A stretch of DNA of 62,968 nt, filler included. It is 3 parts of 3 records of this genome, joined end to end, with 100 filler letters (N's around TTAATTAATTAA, not from the genome) between each part and the next. Parts side by side here need not be neighbours in the genome. Positions count along the whole stretch, not along the records: positions 23,277 to 49,661 come from DRR378314_67; 2 more parts are not named here. One strand, written 5' to 3'. The notes below the pieces were generated by a model. It ran no database searches, had not been told where the DNA came from, and saw nothing but the letters and a program-made list of their open reading frames with translations. The translations under genes were made by a program, and so were the position numbers. Numbering within the stretch: position 1 is the first letter of the stretch; each line of letters opens with the position of its first letter. Below are positions 28,851 to 40,819 of the stretch, one piece after another.

Positions 28851-29885
28851 TTACAGGCGAAAAAATCTCGCCGCGTCGCCTTGTTTTAGTTCAAGGGCGT
28901 GTGCAACGTCTTTACTTACGATTAATGTATGCTTAGCATGATTATAATGCGCATGTTTGGTAAACGTGGCTCTAAAATCTGCTACTCCTTGATTGCAAAT
29001 TGCCAACGTATCAGAGCTTTGTTCATCTACATAATCAAGCTCGCCGATAGAAATTGGACATACAATTGAATCCCTTACACTGCGAATATTACCAAGCTTT
29101 GCTTCTACCGTAGGGCCTGCATCAAACAGGTCGACGTAACCTCTGTGTTCAAACCCTTCTTTTTCTAGTAATTTAAGTGCAGGTTTAGTTTTATCATGCA
29201 CTTTACCAATCACGTCTTGCGCTTTTTTACTGAGTAAATTCGCATAGATAGGGTATTTAGGCATTAGTTCGCTGATAAAAACCTTATCCCCCAAACCAAC
29301 TAAATGATCTGCTTGTGGAAATTCGATACTAAAAAAATGCTCTTCTAACCACTGCCAAAATGGAGAATGGCCGTTTTCATCGCTCACCCCACGCATTTCG
29401 GCGATAATTGTGTCAGCAAAGCGTTCACTATGCTGTGCCATAAATAGAAAACGTGAACGAGATAAGAAACGTCCAGCTAGCCCTTTACGACTATCTTCAC
29501 GTAAGAATAACGTACAGATTTCAGAGCAACCGGTGTAGTCATTACACATACTCAGGATATCGACTGTGTTATAAACTTTTAAAGTAGGTGAGTGATGGAC
29601 TGTTTTACCTAAATGGTAATGATACAGAGGAACATTAAGACCCACAGCCGCTTCAATAGCTGTTGTACCAATGACCTCTCCAGTGTTGGTGTCCTCAAGG
29701 ACAAACAAATAGCTCTCATCAAGCGGTTGGCTAATGTCTTTAGAAAAGCTACTTTCTGCGCGGGCAATTTTTTCAAGTAACAATGTATCGTCAACGGGTA
29801 GCGATGTGAAACCATGACCAGATTCAATAGCGATTTGTTTTAACGCTTCAAAATCAGTGTTCTTGATAGGGCGTAATACATGCAT
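28851..29885 (-). CDS. astA: Arginine N-succinyltransferase
   Basis: [46 protein letters not shown]. Confidence 0.95.
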   Translation of the reverse strand: MHVLRPIKNTDFEALKQIAIESGHGFTSLPVDDTLLLEKIARAESSFSKDISQPLDESYLFVLEDTNTGEVIGTTAIEAAVGLNVPLYHYHLGKTVHHSPTLKVYNTVDILSMCNDYTGCSEICTLFLREDSRKGLAGRFLSRSRFLFMAQHSERFADTIIAEMRGVSDENGHSPFWQWLEEHFFSIEFPQADHLVGLGDKVFISELMPKYPIYANLLSKKAQDVIGKVHDKTKPALKLLEKEGFEHRGYVDLFDAGPTVEAKLGNIRSVRDSIVCPISIGELDYVDEQSSDTLAICNQGVADFRATFTKHAHYNHAKHTLIVSKDVAHALELKQGDAARFFRL

Positions 29886-29899
29886 TTATTAAAGCTCCA

Positions 29900-29927
29900 T
29901 TAGCGCTCTTTAAATAAAGAGCGCTAA
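29900..29927. other. Intra-operon stem-loop between astC and astA
   Basis: TTAGCGCTCTTTA-AA-TAAAGAGCGCTAA inverted repeat next to the astA SD. Confidence 0.65.
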
Positions 29928-29933
29928 ATTAAA

Positions 29934-31184
<1,251 letters not shown>

Positions 31185-31320
31185 CTAACTATCTTTTAAC
31201 TGCTATAAGCAGTATTTCATTGTTATTTATCTATTATCTAGCTTCGTTAGTTAAATTTGCAGTGCTAAATTGTTAAAAATGACTATAATAAAAGTCATAT
31301 TAACGATTAGGGTTAGCAAA

Positions 31321-31749
31321 GTGATAGGAAAGCAAGATGAAAAGCTACTTGCAATTTTAAGAACAAACGCCCGTGCAAGTATTTCTGATTTAGCAAGAGC
31401 GCTGAATTTATCCCGTTCAACTGTACAAAGTAGAATGCTTAAGTTAGAAGAAACAGGAGTTATCAAAGGCTACAGTGTTGATTATGGTGAAGCGTATCTT
31501 AATGCAATGGTTGCGGCACATGTGTCAATTAAAGTGAAGCAAAAGCTAACTACGAAAACAAATTTAGAGCTTAAGCAAATTGATGCTATTTCACAGTTAT
31601 ATGCAATAAGTGGTGAATTTGATTTAATTGCAGTCGTACAGGCACAAAACTTAGAAAAGTTAAGTCATTTACTTGATGATATTGGTAATTTAGATGGCGT
31701 TGAGCGAACAACGTCTTCAGTTATTTTAGAAACTAAATTTAATCGTTAG
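31321..31749 (+). CDS. Lrp/AsnC family transcriptional regulator
   Basis: DEKLLAILRTNARASISDLARALNLSRSTVQSRMLKLE HTH; ISGEFDL RAM domain. Divergent from the ast operon; GTG start inferred. Confidence 0.9.
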   Translation: MIGKQDEKLLAILRTNARASISDLARALNLSRSTVQSRMLKLEETGVIKGYSVDYGEAYLNAMVAAHVSIKVKQKLTTKTNLELKQIDAISQLYAISGEFDLIAVVQAQNLEKLSHLLDDIGNLDGVERTTSSVILETKFNR

Positions 31750-31901
31750 TGTAATAGTAAATTAATCACTATACTAAGTTTAAAATATTCATTAAATTTA
31801 GTGTAAATAGCTTTTATAGGTACTGTTATTAGTATAATTAAAGCTTAATAATATTAGTGTCAAATAGTGTTCTTACACAAAGATTTGGCTTTTGAGGGCT
31901 T

Positions 31902-32927
31902 ATGCAAGTCGGTTTACTAAATTCAATTATTAAGATAACGAAAAACAAGGATGTAGACTCTCTTGAGTATACGATAATCTCAACGATTCAAGAGTTCGTT
32001 AAGTGCGAAGAAATATCGATATATAAAGATTTAGAAGTTGCTGGAGAATTGCGGATTGAACGAAGCGCTTCTTTAAAGTTTTTATCTCAAAATGATTTTA
32101 TTTGGCAAGATAAAGATGTCATAAAAGAGCCCGATGCTGAACTAGTTTCATGTATCAGTTCTTCCTGCATTATCACTGTTAAATCAGATAACAATAAAGA
32201 ACGTCGGTGGCTTCCTATCAATGTGCGTGATAAACCCGTTGCTGTTATTGCTATTTTATCGGAACATTTAGAAAGTGAAGATCAAGTGTTGCTGAATGCT
32301 TTTTGTCGCATCTTTGAAAATTACTTAGCAATTTTACATGAAAGTGAAACGGATAAACTGACAGGGCTGTTGAATCGTCAAACGTTTGATAAGAAGATCA
32401 AGCTACTGATAGAAAAGCAAATGGCGAAGCAGCATCAGAACATCAAAACAGATGAAAAACGCTCTAAACACTCAGGTTCCTCCTCCTGGCTCGCGATTGT
32501 TGATATTGATCACTTTAAGCAAGTCAATGATGAATACGGCCATGTCTGTGGCGATGAAGTTTTATTAGTGTTAGCACAAAAAATGAAAAGCTATTTTCGT
32601 TCATCAGATTTAATATTTCGATTTGGGGGAGAGGAGTTTGTATTAGTATTTGAACCAACAAATTATGATTTTATCCACGCTAAGTTAAATACATTTTTAG
32701 ATTTAGTGAGAAATACAAAATTTCCATTCGTCTCAAACCTATCTTTGAGTATTGGCTTATCTAGGATCAGCCCCTACGACTTTCCTATTTCTGTTGTAGA
32801 AAATGCGGATAAAGCACTTTATTACGCTAAACGAAATGGGCGTGACCAATTATGTTTTTATGATGAATTAGTCACAAAAAATTTGATAGATACCAAAGAA
32901 AAACAATCTGATATTGATTTATTTTAA
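31902..32927 (+). CDS. Diguanylate cyclase (GGEEF) with a GAF-like N-terminus
   Basis: DKLTGLLNR, DIDHFKQVND, RSSD I-site, GGEEF, ADKALYYAK. Confidence 0.92.
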   Translation: MQVGLLNSIIKITKNKDVDSLEYTIISTIQEFVKCEEISIYKDLEVAGELRIERSASLKFLSQNDFIWQDKDVIKEPDAELVSCISSSCIITVKSDNNKERRWLPINVRDKPVAVIAILSEHLESEDQVLLNAFCRIFENYLAILHESETDKLTGLLNRQTFDKKIKLLIEKQMAKQHQNIKTDEKRSKHSGSSSWLAIVDIDHFKQVNDEYGHVCGDEVLLVLAQKMKSYFRSSDLIFRFGGEEFVLVFEPTNYDFIHAKLNTFLDLVRNTKFPFVSNLSLSIGLSRISPYDFPISVVENADKALYYAKRNGRDQLCFYDELVTKNLIDTKEKQSDIDLF

Positions 32928-33842
32928 CTGAAGATGTGATTTTTTAATTACCTTTTTTGTTGCCTCATCCAGCTTAATGACATAGGCATTACCTCCTATA
33001 CCCTTAAATTCCTCATCGGTAAATACTAGCGTATTTTCATCGTAAAAGGTTATGGCTTCTTTTTGAGTCACAATTCCTAAGTCAATTTGAGATACGTCAC
33101 CAGAGAAAAATTTATCACCTTCAAAGTTTTCAAATAGCCAGATACTAGTTGAGTCGAGTAAGACGAGTTTTTTTCGGTTTGGGCTTAAAGCTGCCGATGT
33201 TATCCAGCACAACTTTTCCATTGTGGTACACGTTTGAAATGAATCAATTAATTGTGCATCAAAGTTAGCAGCATGGTCGCCCACTTTATATACATTGGTT
33301 ATGCCATCAAATGGTTTAGTTCTGTTTTTTGTAAAAAGGTATAAATGTCTGCCAAATGCAACAAAAGCCTCTAAGTCATAATTTCGTTTATTAGGAGCAA
33401 CTGGTTGGTCATTGAGTTCAGGATAGGTAAATTTAATAATTTCTGCTTGTGTAGAGTTACCTTTTATATCAATGGGGTTTTCAATTTTATAAATAGTCAG
33501 CCATCGACGCTCTTGTTTGTTATTGCCAAAATCACCTAAGAAAAAATGGCCAAAGTCATTTTGAGTTATGTCTTCCCAGTCAATATTTTTAGCGTTGGTA
33601 ACAAGTACTTCTTTTGAGATAGAGCCATCTTCACTTAGGCGGTAAAGTTTTGCATCATCGCCACCATCATTGATGGCCCAAAGTTGATTTGATTTATCAA
33701 ATTCGATACCGGATATTTCTTTAAGACGCGCATCTACAGTAAGTTTCTTTTTACTGTAAAGGGTATAGATAGATGAACCAATAGTAATAGCTGTGATCAG
33801 TACGGCAAATATGATGAGAGACAAGAAACTTTTTTTGAGCAT
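32919..33842 (-). CDS. Exported protein, probable beta-propeller
   Basis: N-terminal hydrophobic anchor; EISGI, WAINDGG, DWEDIT, GDFGNN motifs. Confidence 0.7.
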   Translation of the reverse strand: MLKKSFLSLIIFAVLITAITIGSSIYTLYSKKKLTVDARLKEISGIEFDKSNQLWAINDGGDDAKLYRLSEDGSISKEVLVTNAKNIDWEDITQNDFGHFFLGDFGNNKQERRWLTIYKIENPIDIKGNSTQAEIIKFTYPELNDQPVAPNKRNYDLEAFVAFGRHLYLFTKNRTKPFDGITNVYKVGDHAANFDAQLIDSFQTCTTMEKLCWITSAALSPNRKKLVLLDSTSIWLFENFEGDKFFSGDVSQIDLGIVTQKEAITFYDENTLVFTDEEFKGIGGNAYVIKLDEATKKVIKKSHLQLK

Positions 33843-33911
33843 TGGTTTTATAAAAAGATAGTAATATCCCGCTATTATGCTGTATTTAGCTAATAATTAC
33901 TACTTGGAGGC

Positions 33912-35831
33912 TTAACCATTTGATTCAATTTGCCACACCCCCGTGCCTGTAGCAGCTACGTGGTTAACGTTACCTTGTAAAACTTTGTTCCCTACATTAA
34001 TCGACGATTCTGGTCGGCTGACTAAATACCCTTGCACACTGCTGATCCCTAAGCGCTTAACAAGGTCAAATTGTGCGAGCTCTTCAACACCTTCAGCCAC
34101 TATCTTCAGCCCTAATTTAGTACCTAGTTCGCTGATTGAATTTAAAATTTCATTATATTTAGGGTTTTCATTTGCTTGAGCAATAAAGAGCCTATCTATT
34201 TTTAAAACATCGATAGGTAAATCAGCCAATGTACTTAAAGAACTAAATCCGGTACCAAAGTCATCAATAGCGATAGTAACACCTTTTGTTCTGAGTTTTT
34301 CTAATTCTCTGATTATGCTATTGCTAGCTGTAATCAGTGTTGATTCAGTTATTTCGAGCATAAGTGCAGAAGGTGGTAAGCCTGTTTTATCAAGTTTTTG
34401 CATTACCCAGTCATGCAGTGGTCGGTGTTTTAGTTGAATTCCCGAGACATTGACTGAGATTTTTACTTTACGCATACCTGCATTATGCCAAGCTGACATT
34501 TGTCTACATGATTCAAGCATAATCCAATCACCAAGCTCTAATATGAGGTTAGACTCTTCAGCAATAGGAATGAATTCAACGGGAGATATCATTCCTTCAA
34601 CCGGATGATCCCAGCGAACCAATGCTTCGAAATAGTCTATGGCACAATCTTCAACATGAACGATTGGCTGAAATGAAAGGTGAAAGTTTTGACACGCAAT
34701 AGCTAATCGCAACTCTTCAAGAAGATAGTGATAGCGGCGCATCTTATTACCCATTTCAGGTGAGTAAACTTTAAAAATTCCACGCCCGTCAGTTTTTGCT
34801 CTATACATTGCAACATCAGCCATTTGTAATAAAGCATGAGGAGTAGATGCACTGTCAGGGTAGACTGCCACACCCACGCTAGCACTTATTTTTATCAGTT
34901 TATTACCTAAAACAAAATCTCGTTCTATTTCACTCAATACATTTTGCGCAACGTCTAGTGTCTTACTTTCACTATCAATGTTATTGATAAATATAGAAAA
35001 TTCATCTCCCCCTAAACGCGCTAAGTTTTGCTCTAGCATACTGGTTGGATTAATATCATTTAGTTTGTGATTACGTAAAACGCTTGCAAGTCGCTCAGCA
35101 ACTTGGATTAAAACTTCATCACCAAAGCTATGGCCAAAAGAATCATTAACTTGTTTAAAGCCATCTAAATCAATAAACAGCAAGGCACAGTGCATATTTT
35201 CAAGTTCGGCACTATTTAATTGTCGGTCAAGATGTTCAATGTAAGCATGACGGTCAATTAACTGTGTTAGTTTATCTTGGCTAATACTAGTTTGTGTTTC
35301 TCTGGTATATGTTGCGATATGTGTGTTTAAGGCTGATAACCCCTGACTTAACCGAGTCACAGGATTAATAATTTCTAAAGACGGTAACTGAATTTTAAAC
35401 GAACTTAATAATTTATCGGTTTGAATGTTTAATTGTTCGATTACTTTTTGTTCACGGCGAGCGCGCTGTAGACTCCCCAAATACCAAGTTAACCAAAAGC
35501 CCATCAAAATTAAAATAATAAGGTTGGCTGGAGAAAGAAGCGTGGCCACTAATAATGACGAATATTGCACAGTAACAAATTCAGCATCTGTAATTTTTAT
35601 CAGTAAATAATCATGCTCGTTGGTTGATATTAGACTGTGTCCACTTAATACAGGGTTATACCAAGAAGGTATTTCTAACTGAGTTTGCGCTATGGGAAAC
35701 GTTCGAATAGCGACATTCGACTGTTTTGGATTAATACTATTAACTTGTTTTGTCAGCAAAATATTTAAGCCGTAACAAAAGACAATTAAAGTAATTAAAG
35801 CAATACTGATTACACGAAAAAATTTAGTCAT
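33912..35831 (-). CDS. Membrane-anchored GGDEF-EAL protein
   Basis: Two TM segments, DLDGFKQVND, GGDEF, EALVRW, DDFGTGFSSL, EGVE, QGYL. Confidence 0.93.
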   Translation of the reverse strand: MTKFFRVISIALITLIVFCYGLNILLTKQVNSINPKQSNVAIRTFPIAQTQLEIPSWYNPVLSGHSLISTNEHDYLLIKITDAEFVTVQYSSLLVATLLSPANLIILILMGFWLTWYLGSLQRARREQKVIEQLNIQTDKLLSSFKIQLPSLEIINPVTRLSQGLSALNTHIATYTRETQTSISQDKLTQLIDRHAYIEHLDRQLNSAELENMHCALLFIDLDGFKQVNDSFGHSFGDEVLIQVAERLASVLRNHKLNDINPTSMLEQNLARLGGDEFSIFINNIDSESKTLDVAQNVLSEIERDFVLGNKLIKISASVGVAVYPDSASTPHALLQMADVAMYRAKTDGRGIFKVYSPEMGNKMRRYHYLLEELRLAIACQNFHLSFQPIVHVEDCAIDYFEALVRWDHPVEGMISPVEFIPIAEESNLILELGDWIMLESCRQMSAWHNAGMRKVKISVNVSGIQLKHRPLHDWVMQKLDKTGLPPSALMLEITESTLITASNSIIRELEKLRTKGVTIAIDDFGTGFSSLSTLADLPIDVLKIDRLFIAQANENPKYNEILNSISELGTKLGLKIVAEGVEELAQFDLVKRLGISSVQGYLVSRPESSINVGNKVLQGNVNHVAATGTGVWQIESNG

Positions 35832-36304
35832 TCTATTAAGCCATTATGACCCCCTATTTTATTATGATTATAGCGAAGGGAGTTGGTACTTTTTTTCAGT
35901 ATATAGTGTGTGAGTTCAAGAGACAAACTTTTCACAAGCACGGTATTAAAAAAACATGATTTTAAGAATTAGAGTACTTAATCTACTGTGTTTGTTGAAT
36001 TTTTCGCTTGTTTCAAATTTAGTTTATTTCACTTTACGAATCTTTATATGTTATCTATTTTGTTTACTGTTAGTTGTTTGATAAGTGAACTATGGTTTAG
36101 TTCTTGCAGATTTCAATTTAACGTAAAAGATAGCCTCATATAGAGCTGTTTTGCACCATACTTGTGCGGTGGATTTTTTAATGCACTGTCATAAAGCATA
36201 AATATAAGTTTGATTAACTTATAAACACCCCCCGGCATATGTTGAGTAGTTGAACTGGCACGGTGGCAAGGATAAATAAACATAAAGTTTAGCTGGAGCC
36301 CGCT

Positions 36305-36604
36305 ATGTTGAGTAAACGTTTTTTTAAAACCAAAGAAGAAGCTGAAGTAACGTTCGAATTTAGTCACCCTGATGCACAAGATGTGCAACTTGTTGCTGAA
36401 TTTACAGATTGGCAGCCTGTTGCAATGAAATTTAATAAGAAGCAGCGCTGTTTTAAATTAAAACAACGCTTACCTAATAATCAACAATTCCACTTTAGAT
36501 ACCTTATAGACGGTACTATTTGGGATAACGATCATCAAGCAGATGGTTACGCTGCTAATAATTACGGTACTGAAAACAGCATTGTAAATACTCAACGTGT
36601 ATAA
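36305..36604 (+). CDS. Stand-alone glycogen-binding (CBM48 / isoamylase early-set) protein
   Basis: EVTF, LVAEFTDW, FRYLIDG..WDND; first gene of the glycogen operon. Confidence 0.85.
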   Translation: MLSKRFFKTKEEAEVTFEFSHPDAQDVQLVAEFTDWQPVAMKFNKKQRCFKLKQRLPNNQQFHFRYLIDGTIWDNDHQADGYAANNYGTENSIVNTQRV

Positions 36605-36613
36605 GGTAATATA

Positions 36614-38596
36614 ATGGATTTACTTTCGCAGTTGTTTTATCTGCATGGTATTGGTTACGAATACACAAAATATACTGGGGAACAGGTATTTTTTGAACAC
36701 GATACACGTTCAGCGGCACTTCGCTGTTGTGGCGTAGATACTGAAAACCTTCAGCAAATAGAGCATTTAAATATCTCATTGGATGCTGCAAAATGGCTAG
36801 AATATGTGCCTAGCTGCAGCCTTGTTCAAAGCGATGCACCAGCTTTAAAAGTGAGGGTTGATAAACGGCTAATACATCATGCTTGCACTATTTCTTTTGA
36901 AAGTTTAGATATTGAGCCAATAGTTTCTGATTTACACACTCTTGAGTGTACTGGAAATTATACGTTTAATGATGTCGTTTATGTAGAATTGCAGGTTTGC
37001 TTGCCTAAACTCCCTGTTGGTTATCATGATGCTAAAGTTTCTATTAATAGCAAAACAGTCTTGACTGAAATTTGGGCAACCCCTAAACAAAGTTATCAAA
37101 TTCCTGATAAAAAACGCACAGGCCTATCAATACAGCTATATAGCTTAAAAAATAAAGCAGGGTTAGGGATTGGTGATTTTGCCGATTTAATGGAATTGAC
37201 TTGCCACAGTGCTGCTTTGCAACTTGATTATATATTGCTTAATCCATTGCATTTACTTTTTGTAGACGAACCCGAAAGAGCAAGCCCTTACAGTCCAAAC
37301 AATCGTGCTTTACTTAATCCATTATATATTGCGGTGTCACTTAGCGAAGATGCACATGCTAACACTTCGTTGAATCAACTTCTTAAAGAATCTGAACACC
37401 TTGATACTGATAGTCAATATATTGATTATACCTTGGTTACTCAATACAAATACCAACTACTTAAATGTCTGCATAACAAGTTTATAGCTGATGGAAGTGA
37501 TGAGCGAAAAGCTCAATACGCACTCTTTTGCCAAGAACACAGCACAACGCTGGCAACCCTTGAACAACAAGGTTCTGAGTTTGCTTACTATCTACAATGG
37601 CAAGCGCATACTCAGTTAAAGCAATGTCAAAACGTAGCGAGAGACAGCGGGATGGCAATTGGTTTAATCAATGACTTAGCCGTAGGATGTGCCGGCGATG
37701 GTGGTGAGTTTTCAACCCAACAGCAGCTATTTGCTAAAAATGCACATGTAGGTGCTCCGCCAGATCCGTGGGCTGAGCAAGGCCAAAACTGGGGCTTACC
37801 TGCTCTGAACCCAGTTAAAGTAGGTGACAATAATTTCGCATTTTACCGTGCACTCATTAAATCTAACATGGAAGATGTGGGTGGATTGCGTATTGATCAT
37901 GTAATGGCCATACGTAGATTATGGTGGTGCTTCGAGATTAATGGACAACAAGAAGGGTGTTATGTGTATTACCCGTTTGAATACTTACTGGCAATTGTAA
38001 CTATCGAATCGCACTTGAATGAATGTATTGTGATTGGTGAAGACTTAGGGGTTGTACCTCAGGAGGTAAAAAAAGCGCTGGCAGAGAAAGCAATTTTTTC
38101 AAATAGCTTATTTTACTTTGAGAAAGATCAATATGATGAGTTTTTACCTGCCGACGCTTTTGACCCCCATTGTTTATTAATGATTGCTAATCATGATGTC
38201 CCTCCATTTTTCGCTTGGTGGGAAGGCCGCGATATAAATTTAAAGATTCAATATCAATTAATAGATGAACTGCAACAAGTTAAAGATTTAGAAGTCCGTC
38301 AAGTTGAAAAACAACGAATGTTACGATTTTTAGAGCAAAGTGGTCATCATGGCTATACGCTTAATACGCAAACTAAAGATATATATACCGCTTTAACATT
38401 AAGTTTAGCACAGTCACCAGCTCAACTTTTCGCAATTCAATTAGATGACTTGGATCAGCAAATACTCCCTGTAAATATCCCAGGTACAGATAAAGAGTAC
38501 CCCAATTGGCGAAGAGTGCTTTCTAAGCCATGTACAGAAATACTAAAACAACATGCTAATTTGCTTAGTGAAATAAATTCAATAAGGACGTATTAA
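36614..38596 (+). CDS. malQ: 4-alpha-glucanotransferase (GH77)
   Basis: GIGDF, SPYSP, DLAVG, GAPPD, GQNWG, RIDH, GEDLG, NIPGT..EYPNW. Confidence 0.95.
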   Translation: MDLLSQLFYLHGIGYEYTKYTGEQVFFEHDTRSAALRCCGVDTENLQQIEHLNISLDAAKWLEYVPSCSLVQSDAPALKVRVDKRLIHHACTISFESLDIEPIVSDLHTLECTGNYTFNDVVYVELQVCLPKLPVGYHDAKVSINSKTVLTEIWATPKQSYQIPDKKRTGLSIQLYSLKNKAGLGIGDFADLMELTCHSAALQLDYILLNPLHLLFVDEPERASPYSPNNRALLNPLYIAVSLSEDAHANTSLNQLLKESEHLDTDSQYIDYTLVTQYKYQLLKCLHNKFIADGSDERKAQYALFCQEHSTTLATLEQQGSEFAYYLQWQAHTQLKQCQNVARDSGMAIGLINDLAVGCAGDGGEFSTQQQLFAKNAHVGAPPDPWAEQGQNWGLPALNPVKVGDNNFAFYRALIKSNMEDVGGLRIDHVMAIRRLWWCFEINGQQEGCYVYYPFEYLLAIVTIESHLNECIVIGEDLGVVPQEVKKALAEKAIFSNSLFYFEKDQYDEFLPADAFDPHCLLMIANHDVPPFFAWWEGRDINLKIQYQLIDELQQVKDLEVRQVEKQRMLRFLEQSGHHGYTLNTQTKDIYTALTLSLAQSPAQLFAIQLDDLDQQILPVNIPGTDKEYPNWRRVLSKPCTEILKQHANLLSEINSIRTY

Positions 38597-40819
38597 ATGA
38601 ACAGCTCTGTTCAAATTAAATCAGTATCCGATCAGTATAATCAGCAAGTATCTGCGTTAGAGCGTGGTTGTTTTAAAGACCCATTTAGTTTTCTAGGTGT
38701 ACATACTGATTCAAATGGTAAGCAATGTATCCGTTGTTTTTTACCCGCAGCCAAAAGCGTCAGTGTTAAATCAAAAGGCACAGTAATTAATTGTTCACGA
38801 TATATGGATTCGGATCTATTTATTGCACACCTTAATTCTGTACTGAGCGATGACTACGAACTAGTTATTAAATACTCTGATTGCACCGTTTCGCAGCGTG
38901 ATATATACAATTTTCCAAGTGCCTTAGATACGCATGCAATGTATTTATTTAATGAAGGTACGCTTGAGCATGCGTATCGTCACTTAGGCGCTCATTTTAT
39001 TACTCTTAATGAGACTGATGGAGTTCGCTTTAGTGTATGGGCTCCAAATGCAAGCAGTGTTTCAGTCATTGGCGAATTTAATCACTGGCAGCGAAATCAT
39101 CACTTTATGCGTTTTAACCCAGGTTCAGGGGTATGGGATATTTTTATTCCAGCTCTTACAGCAGGGCAGTGCTATAAGTTTGCTATTACAACAACGAGTG
39201 GTGATGTACTCGAAAAAGCCGATCCATTTGCATTTAAAATGCAACAAGCGCCCGGTACCGCTTCTGTATTGCAACCCCAATTAGGTGCCATCAAGTTAAC
39301 TGATAAAATGCTAAAGCAAAAAGCGAAGCGAAATGCTATTGATGCACCCATCAGCATTTATGAAGTTCATTTAGGTTCTTGGCAACGAAAGATTGATAAT
39401 TGCTACTTAAACTATACTGAATTTGCTGAGCATCTCATCTCTTATGTTAAAGAAACGGGGTTTACTCACATTCAATTAATGCCGATAAGTGAGTATCCGT
39501 TTGACGGTTCTTGGGGTTATCAACCTGTTGGTCTATTTTCGCCAACAAGTCGTTTTGGCAGTGTTGATGACTTCAGATATTTCGTGCAACGCTGTCATGA
39601 AGAAAATATTGGGTTGTTAGTTGACTGGGTTCCGGGACACTTTCCAAGTGATCCGCACGGGTTACATTGTTTCGATGGCACACACCTATACGAACACGCA
39701 GATGCAAGACAAGGGTTTCATCCTGATTGGAACACGTATATTTATAATTATGATAGGCCTGAAGTACGCAGCTTCTTAGTTGCAAACGCGATGTTTTGGC
39801 TTGAGGAATTTGCTATAGATGGTTTGCGTGTTGATGCTGTTGCCTCGATGTTATACCTAGACTACAGCCGTGAAGAGGGACAGTGGGTACCTAATTGTTA
39901 TGGTGGCAGAGAAAACCTTGGTGCAATCGAATGTTTAAAGCAAGTTAACCTGCGTAGTTATGCAAATAACCCCGGTATTATGATGGTTGCAGAAGAGTCA
40001 ACTGCGTGGCCAGGAGTGACCCGCCAAGTGGATCATGATGGTTTAGGCTTTGGTTATAAGTGGAATATGGGCTGGATGAATGACAGTTTGCATTATATGC
40101 AACGAGACCCACTCTATAGACAGCATCATCACCATGAAATGACATTTTCTATGGTCTATGCATTTAGTGAAAACTACATTTTACCGTTAAGTCATGACGA
40201 AGTGGTGCATGGCAAGGGCTCATTAATTGAAAAAATGCCAGGAGATGATTGGCAGCAATTTGCAAATTTACGCGCATATTATGCCTTTATGTGGGCACAC
40301 CCGGGTAAAAAGTTACTTTTTATGGGCGGAGAGTTTGCACAGCGCAAAGAATGGAACCACGACCAATCCCTTGATTGGCATCTGTTAGAGCACCAAAGCC
40401 ACAATGGTATTCAAAACACTGTTAAAACATTAAACGAAGTTTATACGTCTACACCTGCTTTGTATGAATTAGATTCAGAGCCAGCGGGTTTCAGTTGGAT
40501 TGATAATCAAAACGCACAACAAAGTATTTTTAGTTTCGTTCGTTATGCTAAAAAAGCGTCAGATTATGTGGTGGTGGTGTGTAACTTAACACCGAATGTT
40601 TACCAGGGGTATCAAATAGGTGTGCCGTCAAATGGGCATTTTGAAGTGGTGCTTAATACGGATGATGAGTTACTTTTTGGCTCCGGGGTTAAGGTGAGTG
40701 ATGGTTTAATTGCAACAGAAGCATCGCCGAGTCATGGTCATCAAAACAGTGTATTAATAACGTTACCACCGCTTGCGACAGTTTATCTGAAAAAGGTGTG
40801 CAATGAGTCTATCAATTGA
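38597..40819 (+). CDS. glgB: 1,4-alpha-glucan branching enzyme
   Basis: VWAPNA, YEVHLGSW, WGYQP, DWVPGHFP, DGLRVDAVASM, AEEST, LSHDEVVHGK. Confidence 0.97.
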   Translation: MNSSVQIKSVSDQYNQQVSALERGCFKDPFSFLGVHTDSNGKQCIRCFLPAAKSVSVKSKGTVINCSRYMDSDLFIAHLNSVLSDDYELVIKYSDCTVSQRDIYNFPSALDTHAMYLFNEGTLEHAYRHLGAHFITLNETDGVRFSVWAPNASSVSVIGEFNHWQRNHHFMRFNPGSGVWDIFIPALTAGQCYKFAITTTSGDVLEKADPFAFKMQQAPGTASVLQPQLGAIKLTDKMLKQKAKRNAIDAPISIYEVHLGSWQRKIDNCYLNYTEFAEHLISYVKETGFTHIQLMPISEYPFDGSWGYQPVGLFSPTSRFGSVDDFRYFVQRCHEENIGLLVDWVPGHFPSDPHGLHCFDGTHLYEHADARQGFHPDWNTYIYNYDRPEVRSFLVANAMFWLEEFAIDGLRVDAVASMLYLDYSREEGQWVPNCYGGRENLGAIECLKQVNLRSYANNPGIMMVAEESTAWPGVTRQVDHDGLGFGYKWNMGWMNDSLHYMQRDPLYRQHHHHEMTFSMVYAFSENYILPLSHDEVVHGKGSLIEKMPGDDWQQFANLRAYYAFMWAHPGKKLLFMGGEFAQRKEWNHDQSLDWHLLEHQSHNGIQNTVKTLNEVYTSTPALYELDSEPAGFSWIDNQNAQQSIFSFVRYAKKASDYVVVVCNLTPNVYQGYQIGVPSNGHFEVVLNTDDELLFGSGVKVSDGLIATEASPSHGHQNSVLITLPPLATVYLKKVCNESIN

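Noticed and set aside
36256-36272. TGGCAC upstream of the glycogen operon as a sigma54 promoter
   Set aside because: The -12 TTGC element is missing at the required spacing.
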